From the NCBI GenBank assembly GCA_965216565.1, contig OZ244170.1:608001-672000 (forward strand): DNA of 64,000 nucleotides, in the 5' to 3' direction. The translations under genes were made by a program, and so were the position numbers. The DNA is from Bythopirellula sp. (lineage in GTDB: Bacteria; Planctomycetota; Planctomycetia; Pirellulales; Lacipirellulaceae). Below the pieces are notes generated by a model, which did not search any database, was not told where the DNA came from, and was given only the letters and a program-made list of their open reading frames with translations. Each line of letters starts with the position of its first letter. Position 1 is the first letter of the stretch. Positions 47,108-56,368 of this stretch are shown in pieces.

Positions 47108-48694
47108 TCACTGTGGCTTGAGTAAGGGGAATAGGATGACGTCGCGGATAGACTGGGCGTTGGTTAGCAGCATCACCAGGCGGTCGATGCCGATGCCGAG
47201 TCCGCCAGCAGGCGGCATGCCGTGGCGGAGGGCACGGACAAAGTCGTGGTCCATCTTGGCCATCGAGTCTTCTTCGTCGAGTCCATCGAGTTGAGTGCGG
47301 AAAAGTTCTTCCTGCAGATCGGGGTCGTTTAGTTCGGTGTAGGCATTGGCTACTTCCATGCCTTGGATGAAGAGCTCAAAACGCTCGGCAATAGCGGGGT
47401 TGTCGGCCTTGCGTTTCGTGAGCGGGCAGATGCTGGCCGGGTAGTCCATCACAAAGATGGGGCCAACCAGTGCGCCTTCGACTTTCTCCTCGAACACGTC
47501 ATTCTTGATCACATCAGGATGCCGGCCTTCGGTTTCGATATGCAATGACTTAGCTAGATCGGCAACCGCAGACTCATCCGCCGGATCGACGCCTGCGTGC
47601 CGCTCGAACAACTCCGCGTAGGTTTTGCGGTCGAACGGTGGTGTGAAATCGATTTCCGCCTCTCCCCAACTCAGCTTGTTTTCCTGCCCTGTGGCTTGGA
47701 TGGCGTCGCATATGCACTGCTCCGTAAGGTCCATCATCGAACGATAATCGCCGAAGGCTTGGTAGACCTCGAGCATGGTGAATTCAGGATTGTGCTTCTG
47801 ACTGATGCCTTCGTTGCGGTAAACACGACCGAGTTCGTACACGCGTTCAATGCCGCCAACCATTAATCGCTTGAGGTGCAGCTCTAAAGCGATGCGTAAT
47901 GTTAGTGGGATGTCGAGGGCATTGTGGTGCGTTTCGAATGGGCGAGCCGCGGCTCCACCGGCGATAGTGTGCAGTGTGGGCCCCTCGACTTCCACAAAGC
48001 CTTGCTTTCCGAGCGTTTCGCGAATCGAGCGGACAATCTGCGTTCGCTGCAAGAAGCGTTCCAGTACGCCCTCGGTATGGATCAGGTCGAGATAGCGCTG
48101 TCGTTGGCGAAGTTCGACGTCCTGTAGTCCGCCGTGCTTGTCGGGAGGTGTCTCAATACTTTTGGTGAGGAAGTGGACGCGTTTCGCGAAGATAGAAAGT
48201 TCGCCCGTATTGCTCCATCCAAGCATCCCATCCACACCGATGATATCACCCAGGTCGACGCACTCGAGCACTTGCCAATCGTCGCCGACTTGCTTTTGAC
48301 CGATCATCAATTGAATTTTGCCGGTCCAGTCGCGGATGTCGACGAAATGAAGCTTGCCCTTATCGCGGTGCAGGACGATCCGTCCGGCAGCTCGAACCTC
48401 GGGCCCCACCAACTCCCCTTTCCCCTGGTCGGCTTTCCATTGGCGAAGGTTAAAGTCCTCACCCTGGACACTGGGATCAGGTACAGGGATCTCCTGGCCA
48501 TCCTCGGTGCGATAGACAATCTGGTCGGCCAGGCTGCGGACGTCGCGAACCAGCGTGCGATCGTCGAACCGCTGGCCCCAAGGGTCGACGCCCAAGTCTT
48601 CGAGCTTGGCCATTTTCTCCCGACGGGCTGCTTCTAAGGCGGAGTACTCGGGCGGATCGGAGCTGTCGGGGTTGTCGGTCATCACGGTCGCCAT
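47108..48694 (-). CDS. lysS: Lysine--tRNA ligase (class II)
   Basis: RQRYLDL, GGAAARPF.THHN, YRNEG...HNPEFTMLE, ERFELF, G.GIGIDRL. Confidence 0.97.
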   Translation of the reverse strand: MATVMTDNPDSSDPPEYSALEAARREKMAKLEDLGVDPWGQRFDDRTLVRDVRSLADQIVYRTEDGQEIPVPDPSVQGEDFNLRQWKADQGKGELVGPEVRAAGRIVLHRDKGKLHFVDIRDWTGKIQLMIGQKQVGDDWQVLECVDLGDIIGVDGMLGWSNTGELSIFAKRVHFLTKSIETPPDKHGGLQDVELRQRQRYLDLIHTEGVLERFLQRTQIVRSIRETLGKQGFVEVEGPTLHTIAGGAAARPFETHHNALDIPLTLRIALELHLKRLMVGGIERVYELGRVYRNEGISQKHNPEFTMLEVYQAFGDYRSMMDLTEQCICDAIQATGQENKLSWGEAEIDFTPPFDRKTYAELFERHAGVDPADESAVADLAKSLHIETEGRHPDVIKNDVFEEKVEGALVGPIFVMDYPASICPLTKRKADNPAIAERFELFIQGMEVANAYTELNDPDLQEELFRTQLDGLDEEDSMAKMDHDFVRALRHGMPPAGGLGIGIDRLVMLLTNAQSIRDVILFPLLKPQ

Positions 48695-48816
48695 CGGAGG
48701 CTCTGCGCGCAGGAGGGGCGGGTAGTAAGGTTAAGAGAGGTAAGATTTTAGTGGATCGGGGGACGTGGTCAACGGCAGGTTCCGCTGCCCTGCAGATTCG
48801 GGCTCTGCTAGCACTA

Positions 48817-49221
48817 CTATCGTGGTACCTCAAGTCGCCAAGAATTCGACTCACGCTTGAGAATTGCCTGTCCGCAGAGCTTTCCCGCTTTTAGATCAAC
48901 AGCATATTGAGAGGCAGTGCAATCCATCCAATTCAGATCCCCTCGATCGATTCTTTGTACGGTGCCCCGGTTGTCGGAGATTTCCCCTTCGTAGTTTAGG
49001 TACTCAAGCCGATGATCTGCCAAGCGAATGGCTGGAACGCCCACGACAGATCCCAACCGATTGCCATTGGGTTCGAGGTCGAGAGCCCGCAACCAGGAGT
49101 CCGGCAGTTGTCGTAGCTCCCAGGTAAGCAGGGCACCGTCGGATTCCAGCATGAGATCCCAGTGATTGGGCTTACCGCCGTCGGGGCATTCGTGGCGGAG
49201 GAGAACATAGCGATCGGTCAT
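48817..49221 (-). CDS. Stand-alone LigD phosphoesterase-like (DNA polymerase/ligase N-terminal) domain
   Basis: V...H, HWDL.LE, L.TW, DH...YL.YEG.I, G.V...D.G. Confidence 0.75.
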   Translation of the reverse strand: MTDRYVLLRHECPDGGKPNHWDLMLESDGALLTWELRQLPDSWLRALDLEPNGNRLGSVVGVPAIRLADHRLEYLNYEGEISDNRGTVQRIDRGDLNWMDCTASQYAVDLKAGKLCGQAILKRESNSWRLEVPR

Positions 49222-49278
49222 AACCCCATTGTGGCAGGCAATGCTGAGAATCGCGAGGCCTGCAATCGCCAACAGCGA

Positions 49279-51582
49279 TTAGCGATTGAGGATTTCCAAT
49301 CGTTTGACCTTCACTACCGGCTGAGCGACCGCTCGGCTGGTGAGTTGGGCCCCCACGTTGACCACCCCTGACTGGTTGACGTTCGCAGGGACTAGGAATT
49401 CGAGACGTTCGGTGGGGCGTAGTTGTGCGATGGGATTGAACCGTAGTTCGTTGCCTACCATGGCACCGCGCACATTTGCGGTGTTGGTCATCGTGTTGAT
49501 ATCGGGCGTCAGTTCGGGAGGGAACACAATGCTCAGCACCACTTGCTCTTCAGGAGTATTTGCCTGGTTTTCGATCAGGAATCGGAGCGTTGTCCGCTGA
49601 CCGGCACGAAGCGTATCTGAAAACGGTTCGATGGCTAGTCGCAGAGTACCGCCTGCGGGAGCAGGCCCACCGGGGGTTACGCCCCCCGTATCGCGTCCTG
49701 GCAGGATCTCTACATAATGGTCATCCACACGCATCAATCCACTATCGTCAGTGACCTTCACCAACCCGCCAGCACGATTCGCTGGCCTAAGGCTTGAGCA
49801 TTGCACTTCGAATTTCTTGCTCTGTCCCACATCGAGTCGATCAATGCGCCATTGGATATTTCCGTTTACCACTTCATAGCCTTGCTGGCGAGGTTGCGGG
49901 CTGAAAGCTCGATCGTACTCGTCGACAACGACCAAATTTGTAAGCGGTACATCGCCCGTGTTGCGAATCACAATCGAAAACAGCGCGATGTCGCCCACGC
50001 TTACCTGCCGTGGTCCGTCTTTGTCCAGTTTCAGGTCGGGCTGCCCCTGCGGTTCGGCTTGCACGGCGTTGACGCACCCTCGCGTGGAGGCTTCGGCCCC
50101 TTCGTTGGATCGGACTGTCACATTGTGACAAAGTCGCCCGCTACTAACGACTTCAAATTCAAGGGATAGCGAACGAGATTCGCCGGGGCGAAGGTTGCCC
50201 ACGCGATCATTTTTTAGTTGCATCGACTGCGTGACATCCGAGCTATGCCGCAGACCTTGCTCGTAGCGATCCGTGAGTACGATGCCAGTTGCATCAGCAT
50301 CCCCTTGATTGCGGATAACAACCTCGAACCGAGTACGGGCACCAACTTGAGTTTGATCTTCGCCGTAGACTTGCACGTCGAGCGCAGGTCGCCCCGACGA
50401 TTGTGGCAAGGGAGGCTGCGACTGGATGGGCTGTGAGGCAGGCGGAGTATTCTGTAAAGGAGGCTGAAACGAGGGTTGGCCACCGACCGGTTCGTCGAGA
50501 TCGGGCAGATAGGGTGTCGATTGCCCGGTCCAATTGATAGTGGTTGCTCCATTGGCAATGACCAAGCGAGGATACTCGGCATTGCCATAGCCGGCTGGTC
50601 GCACTAGCTGAGTATTGATCTGAGTTGCTGAGCCTTCACTGGCGGTGGGAGTGACGTCGATGCTTGCCTTGCCGTCGGCGCCGGTTACAACCTCAACGAC
50701 TTGTCCAGACTGATTGCCAGAAAGATTGCCGCCTCCGCCCGCGACTTCGTACCGTACGGTCCAGCCTTCTAGGGGCGTGCCGTCACTTTGTCTAAGGACG
50801 GTAGTCGTAAGTACCTGGCTACCACCAGCAGAAATCGTAGGTGCGGGGAAGGTCCATTGCGCGTCGATCCAGTAGATGGTCGCTGTGGCTCGGCGAGCGG
50901 ACCAATTCACCACCGTGGGTGTCACTGCGGTAACAGTGCTGATGCCTTCCACTGGAGAAGTGATGCTTGCCCAGGCGTGGCCAGGTTCGATCTGTACGTC
51001 GTCTGCTGGATTCGCGGTGCCGCGAGTTATTAGTAGTGGCCATCTGGCCGTATAGCCAATGCCATATTGATTGTCGATCTTCTTCGGTTTGTTCCAAGGC
51101 AAGAGAGCATTTTGCAAACAGCCCTTGCCCCCAAGGTCCACGAGTTCTCCAGCGCCTTCTCGCGCTAGGAGCCACTCGACTTTCTGATCGGTTAATAGGA
51201 AACCCTCTTTCGCACAGATTCCAGCTCGCAGGATGACTTCCGTTCCGACCGGCGCAAGGATTCGATCGGGAGTGATCGAGAGCCGATCTTCAGCCACCGC
51301 GATGCCGGGACCAACAACTGGCGGTCCACCGGCAACCGGAACAGAGGCTGGAACCCCCGGCGGCAAGGCTGGTGCGGGAAACACTGGATCGGTCAGTACG
51401 GGTGGTGCCTGGACGGACCCGACACCGGGGACAATGGCCGTGGGCTGGTTTTGTGGCCAGATGAAGACTCGTTCGCCTGTGGGGTCGATCCTGGGAAGTC
51501 CTGCACAGCCCACAATTAGCACAGCGCACAGCGGTAGCGTCAACTGAAGCCAATGGCAGGAGTACTTCTGCAGGAGGGACAT
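49279..51582 (-). CDS. DUF11-repeat lipoprotein (OmcB-like Ig-fold repeats)
   Basis: Lipobox LIVGC; repeated F.I.I.N.GD...T...V.D; start at 51582 preferred. Confidence 0.8.
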   Translation of the reverse strand: MSLLQKYSCHWLQLTLPLCAVLIVGCAGLPRIDPTGERVFIWPQNQPTAIVPGVGSVQAPPVLTDPVFPAPALPPGVPASVPVAGGPPVVGPGIAVAEDRLSITPDRILAPVGTEVILRAGICAKEGFLLTDQKVEWLLAREGAGELVDLGGKGCLQNALLPWNKPKKIDNQYGIGYTARWPLLITRGTANPADDVQIEPGHAWASITSPVEGISTVTAVTPTVVNWSARRATATIYWIDAQWTFPAPTISAGGSQVLTTTVLRQSDGTPLEGWTVRYEVAGGGGNLSGNQSGQVVEVVTGADGKASIDVTPTASEGSATQINTQLVRPAGYGNAEYPRLVIANGATTINWTGQSTPYLPDLDEPVGGQPSFQPPLQNTPPASQPIQSQPPLPQSSGRPALDVQVYGEDQTQVGARTRFEVVIRNQGDADATGIVLTDRYEQGLRHSSDVTQSMQLKNDRVGNLRPGESRSLSLEFEVVSSGRLCHNVTVRSNEGAEASTRGCVNAVQAEPQGQPDLKLDKDGPRQVSVGDIALFSIVIRNTGDVPLTNLVVVDEYDRAFSPQPRQQGYEVVNGNIQWRIDRLDVGQSKKFEVQCSSLRPANRAGGLVKVTDDSGLMRVDDHYVEILPGRDTGGVTPGGPAPAGGTLRLAIEPFSDTLRAGQRTTLRFLIENQANTPEEQVVLSIVFPPELTPDINTMTNTANVRGAMVGNELRFNPIAQLRPTERLEFLVPANVNQSGVVNVGAQLTSRAVAQPVVKVKRLEILNR

Positions 51583-52006
51583 TTTCGCCGCTGATTTGAG
51601 GTTGGAAATTCCAATAATTATGGCGCGCAACATCCTTGCTGTGAAAATGTAACGCCTAGGAAGGCTGATGGTGCTTTTTTTCAACCTTCCTGGTGTGATT
51701 AGGCAACGGTGGCAGTCGGGTGGTGCTCCTGGCAACGATCGTTGGGATTGTAGGGCCGCGAATGGCCGTCGGAAGGAGGCGATCAATGGCCCAGGAAGGG
51801 CGGGCCTTGGAATACAGCCTGAGAGGCGAGCTGCGCGAGGTTCTGATTATCAGCCCGAAACCACTAGCTTTCCCTTGGAAAAGTGCTGTTTTTCTTGCTT
51901 CACCAGCGGAGGGGAATTAAGATCAAAGATAGCCGGGCTCACCGTCTTTAGGTGATTTTAGCACCACGGCATCTCAGAGCAGAGCATCACCGATTTAGAG
52001 GTTACT

Positions 52007-53443
52007 ATGTTTAAGAGTTTCGTCGCAACTCGGCTTCGTTCGATATGTGTGGCATGCCTTCCGCTATTCTTGGTAGCGTTGTTTCACGCCGCACACATTG
52101 ATTCTGCTCAGGGCCAAGATCCGAATGATCCTCTCAACCAGGCTGGCGCTGGTCTGACTTCTGGAGTGGCCGTTGATGCCAGTGGAGTGTTGCGGAGATT
52201 GTCGAGCACAGAATTCCGTGGCGATCTGATGCGCCAACGCATAGAACAGGCGCGGGCAAACCTGCAGGGCGATGTGGCCCAGCGCAGCAAGCTTCGCAAA
52301 GTTTCGCTCACCCGACTAGCCAGGCTCATTAAGAAAGCCATCGATGAAGGCCACGGCCCCGACGAAGCGATGAAACACTTGGCCGGGCTCACTCGCATTC
52401 AGTATGTATTCTATTACCCCGAGACTCAGGACATTGTAATTGCCGGTCCTGCCGAGGCGTGGATCGAAGACAACGCCGGCCGCGTGATCGGTATCGAGAC
52501 CGGTCAACCCGTGCTGGAATTGCAAGACCTGGTGGTTGCACTGCGTACATTCCCACCCGCGAAGAAGAGCAACCCGATGGTGTATTGCTCGATCGATGCC
52601 ACGGAAGAAGGTCTGTCGCGGATGCAGCAGTTCCTCGATCGCATTGGCCGCACGTTCTCTGCAGGTAACATCAACGAACAGTTTATTGTCGAAGGCTTGA
52701 GGGAAAGTCTTGGCATGCAGGTCATCACCCTTGGCGGGATTCCTGCCAACACGCATTTTGCCCAGGTGATGGTTGAAGCAGACTATCGTATGAAGCTTAT
52801 TGGTATTGGTTTAGAAGAGCCGCCGGCACGATTTAAGAGTTACGTTGAGCTGGCCAATTTTGCTTCGATCGCCTCCAATGCGATGTGCCGCTGGTGGTTT
52901 GTGCCAGATTATCAGCGAGTGAAGATCTCTGAAGATGGATACGCCGCCGAGCTAGTCGGTAATGGCGTGAAACTCGTGGGTGAGGACGAAGTGGTATCCG
53001 GCGATGGCAGCCGCCAGCAAACAGGCGGGCAAAATCGTGCTAGCCGCAAGTTCACCCAAGGTTTTACCAAGAAGTACGCAGAGATCGCTCGCAACGCCCC
53101 TGTTTATGGTCAATTGCGAAACTGTGTCGACCTTCTTGTCGCGGCCGCATTCATCCAAGACAACGACCTGTACGGCAAAGCGAACTGGAAGTTGGACGTG
53201 TTGGGTGACGAAGGCGTCTATCCCGTTGAGAGCTTCAATGCTCCACAGCACGTGGCAACAGCTGTGAACAGCGTGTGGAAGGGCCGCCACCTGGCTACTC
53301 CCGTCGGCGGCGGCGTGCAAATTCATGCCAAGCAAGCGCTCACATCGGAAAATCTATTGGCCGATAAAGACGGTGCCGTCAGCAAGGCCCGCGACTCGAT
53401 CGAGCTTGGCGATCTGCCCACCGACCAGTGGTGGTGGGACTGA
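52007..53443 (+). CDS. DUF1598-domain protein
   Basis: GV.VDA.GVL, LRKVSL.RL, LAGL.RI.YVF.YPE, EADYRMKLIG, WWWD C-terminus. Confidence 0.85.
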   Translation: MFKSFVATRLRSICVACLPLFLVALFHAAHIDSAQGQDPNDPLNQAGAGLTSGVAVDASGVLRRLSSTEFRGDLMRQRIEQARANLQGDVAQRSKLRKVSLTRLARLIKKAIDEGHGPDEAMKHLAGLTRIQYVFYYPETQDIVIAGPAEAWIEDNAGRVIGIETGQPVLELQDLVVALRTFPPAKKSNPMVYCSIDATEEGLSRMQQFLDRIGRTFSAGNINEQFIVEGLRESLGMQVITLGGIPANTHFAQVMVEADYRMKLIGIGLEEPPARFKSYVELANFASIASNAMCRWWFVPDYQRVKISEDGYAAELVGNGVKLVGEDEVVSGDGSRQQTGGQNRASRKFTQGFTKKYAEIARNAPVYGQLRNCVDLLVAAAFIQDNDLYGKANWKLDVLGDEGVYPVESFNAPQHVATAVNSVWKGRHLATPVGGGVQIHAKQALTSENLLADKDGAVSKARDSIELGDLPTDQWWWD

Positions 53444-53655
53444 TTCCATATCGCTCAAGGCAGCTGGATGTAAATCTGTGATCCGCGTCTTGGGATGATT
53501 GCTAAATTCTCTGGTGGTATCGTACTCTCCATCTTTCGCGCTATTGCCCTGCAGCTAGTTTCGCTAACTGGCAGAATTTCTTGCGGCTTGTGGGCCATGA
53601 TCTTAGAATCAATGCCTGATTCGCCCAACACTCTGTTTGCCAGGGGAGAGAGCCA

Positions 53656-54906
53656 ATGGAATCGTTGCAGATCAAGATCACCACTGTTTCAGTTCTATTG
53701 GTGGGTGGCTTAGCTCTTGGAGCGAACGTGGCCAACGGACAAGCAATTTTCGTTTCGAGCCGAATCGACCTGACGTATGAAATTCAGGCCGGTGGCTTAT
53801 CCCCATTAACGGATGATTTCGTTCCGGTTGTCGATGAACTGAATTTCAGCGATAGCATTTTCAATTCTCAGACAGCATCATCAGGTGATGCTGCGGCACA
53901 TGCCGAGGGAAATTTCAGTTTTGCAAGCAATTTAATCGAAGCCAATGGCACTACCACCGCAGAAGCCTCGAACATGGCACAGGCCGGTGCTTCTTTGGAT
54001 TGGGAACTCACCTTCGAAATAAGTTCAGGGATTGTCTTCTATTCAGCAGACACGCTTCTCTTTGGAACGACCACTTCCCTCGGGGCTGGGATACCACGAA
54101 CCTCGCTGCGTCTGTTAGATTCGAGTGGAACTGAGTTATTTGCCATCGACGAGAACACATTCTTGCCCGGAAGCGAATTTAGCGCACACGGCGTGCTTGG
54201 CCCCGATACCTATATGCTTGAGGGAAAATTACAAACCTCCGTGGCGACAGGCGACGAAGGGTCTTCCGAGGCCCTCTCCTCAGATTTCGATCTTTCGCTG
54301 GCCTTGCAACGACCAGAACTGCCGCTTGTTTTCTCCTGTCCGGCCACTGATATTTCTCCGATTGGAATCTGTGTCGAGGCAATTCAGCCAAAGGGGCCGA
54401 TTTACGTGTTATCGGGCTTCGCGCTGACGCATGGCTCTGCCGAGCCGATTCCGTATTCGCTGGAAGAAGTAGAAATAGACATCCAAATCGATCAGCAACT
54501 AGAATTGGGGAACGGTCCCATAAATGCTGATCTTGCGGTCGTAAATTCGGTGTTCGATGAGGAGGGTGATCACTTTCCCGAAGAACTCTTCGAACTCGGT
54601 TCGCGAATTCGTACAACGCTTGCTTTTGAGCTAGGCAGCCTCAATGGCGACGAACAGCCTGAAGACTTGCCGGTCGAGTTACTGCTGGGTGGATTCGTCG
54701 AGCTTCTCGACCCCGAAGGCAGCGTGGTGGCCACCAATCAACTTCAGCTTGTGCCCGAGCCGAGTGGGATGGCTATTTTAGCAGGTGTGTTTGCTGTCTT
54801 CTCCTGTGGGCTTTCGCGCTCGAGATGGTTGGATAGAGTAACGCAGTGTTCCCCGATGCGACCCTCTGATTGTAAATCAGCGGCAATCCGTTGTCAGAAT
54901 TGGTAA
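53656..54906 (+). CDS. PEP-CTERM surface protein
   Basis: Signal peptide; acidic Ser/Thr-rich body; VPEPSGMAILAG. Confidence 0.8.
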   Translation: MESLQIKITTVSVLLVGGLALGANVANGQAIFVSSRIDLTYEIQAGGLSPLTDDFVPVVDELNFSDSIFNSQTASSGDAAAHAEGNFSFASNLIEANGTTTAEASNMAQAGASLDWELTFEISSGIVFYSADTLLFGTTTSLGAGIPRTSLRLLDSSGTELFAIDENTFLPGSEFSAHGVLGPDTYMLEGKLQTSVATGDEGSSEALSSDFDLSLALQRPELPLVFSCPATDISPIGICVEAIQPKGPIYVLSGFALTHGSAEPIPYSLEEVEIDIQIDQQLELGNGPINADLAVVNSVFDEEGDHFPEELFELGSRIRTTLAFELGSLNGDEQPEDLPVELLLGGFVELLDPEGSVVATNQLQLVPEPSGMAILAGVFAVFSCGLSRSRWLDRVTQCSPMRPSDCKSAAIRCQNW

Positions 54907-54952
54907 CTTGCAGGAATCCTTGGCATCGATAAGTAAAGTTTCCAGCGATACA

Positions 54953-56299
54953 TCACTTACCAACGCAAACTACGCGCAGGTCACAAACATTAGTGCCGGT
55001 AGGGCCTGTCTTGAAGAGCCCGCCACACTGCTGGAAGAGTTGATAGGCATCGTTGCGCTTGAGAAAGTCTGCGATATTTAGTCCTGTACAGTGCGCCGTC
55101 TTAGCGATCTCCTCATCAATGACAGCCCCTGCTGCGTCGGTGGGACCGTCTTCGCCGTCGGTACCTGCCGAGACAAGTGCCAGGCTCCTCCAATCGTCCA
55201 ACTCATGCAGCGCTGCCAGGGCGACTTGCTGGTTGCGGCCTCCTTTGCCGCGATTAGACTCTGGCGCGAGCTCCACGGTCGATTCGCCGCCGGAGATTAA
55301 GCAGTCAGGCCCCTCATTTTCACGCATCGACTTTGCCGTTTCTGCTAAATGCCGCCCAGTAGCGTCGGCAGAGTTTTCCTCTGGGTTGCCGCTGATCATG
55401 GCGTGGCTGTAACCGAGCCGTTCGGCCAAGATACCGGCGCTGTCTACGGCGGTGGAGTTGTTGCCGATAACTACATTGAGCAACGATCGCACCGGGTGGG
55501 AATTCTGAATGGCATGGCGGGGATTGCGAAGAACCTCTTCGATCGTGCGACCGACATCGCTCTTTAGCAATCCCCATTCACTTAGCACATCTAGAGCCAG
55601 CTCGGGCGTTGGTTCCCGCGGCACAGTCGGCCCGGAGGCAATCACCTCCAAATCGTCGCCCATGACATCGGATAAAGTGAGCGTGACAATTTGCCCCGCG
55701 TGACATCGCTGGGCCAGGCCGCCACCTTTGACGACGCTGATTTCCCGTCGCACCGCGTTAAGTTCAGTGATGTCTGCACCGCGCTCGGCTAATTGCCTAG
55801 TGACGGCAATCTTGTCTGCTAGAGTGACTCCTTCGATCGGCATGGGCAAAAGTGCGGAACCTCCCCCAGAGATCAAGAAGAGGCAGAGATCACGCGGGCC
55901 AAGTCTCTCGACCAGCCTAAGTATTTGGCGGGTCCCCTCAACTCCCTCCGCTGTCGGTTCGTTGACGCCAGCGGGGCGGGCCGCATGAAGATGGATTGTC
56001 TGAGTCGGCTCTATGCAATCCGCCGGGACGTTGACCCAGCCTTGTACTTGCTTTTCAGTGAGAAGTTTTGTGCCAAGCACCCTTTCAACTGCAACTGCCA
56101 TGGCACCACTTGCTTTGCCGGCACCTACGATTGTGAGAGAATCGAATTGTTCTAGAGCAATTACATGATCTGCGATCCACAGTGCACCGTCATCCACCGT
56201 CATGGAGTCGGGAATGAGTCGCTCAGGCTGAACGGCTTGGACTCCAGCCCACCAAATTTTCTTGGCGTCATCTCGCAATTGGTCGGCAGAACGTCTCAT
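54953..56299 (-). CDS. Glycerate 2-kinase (DUF4147/MOFRL family)
   Basis: GAGKA, LISGGGSAL, KGGGL, SDV.GD, IASGPT, GGE.TV, GGRNQ, GTDGEDG, TGPTGTNV.D. Confidence 0.93.
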   Translation of the reverse strand: MRRSADQLRDDAKKIWWAGVQAVQPERLIPDSMTVDDGALWIADHVIALEQFDSLTIVGAGKASGAMAVAVERVLGTKLLTEKQVQGWVNVPADCIEPTQTIHLHAARPAGVNEPTAEGVEGTRQILRLVERLGPRDLCLFLISGGGSALLPMPIEGVTLADKIAVTRQLAERGADITELNAVRREISVVKGGGLAQRCHAGQIVTLTLSDVMGDDLEVIASGPTVPREPTPELALDVLSEWGLLKSDVGRTIEEVLRNPRHAIQNSHPVRSLLNVVIGNNSTAVDSAGILAERLGYSHAMISGNPEENSADATGRHLAETAKSMRENEGPDCLISGGESTVELAPESNRGKGGRNQQVALAALHELDDWRSLALVSAGTDGEDGPTDAAGAVIDEEIAKTAHCTGLNIADFLKRNDAYQLFQQCGGLFKTGPTGTNVCDLRVVCVGK

Positions 56300-56368
56300 G
56301 AGAAGAGTAGTTTTACATATTTCCCATTCGCCTGTCACTGAATTCCTATGAATCCGATTGCGACTGGT

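Noticed and set aside
51583..51786. Extended N-termini given by the ORF track (also 62000-62065, 63223-63294, 17292-17396, 59389-59475)
   Set aside because: Downstream ATGs fit signal peptides, family starts or RBS better
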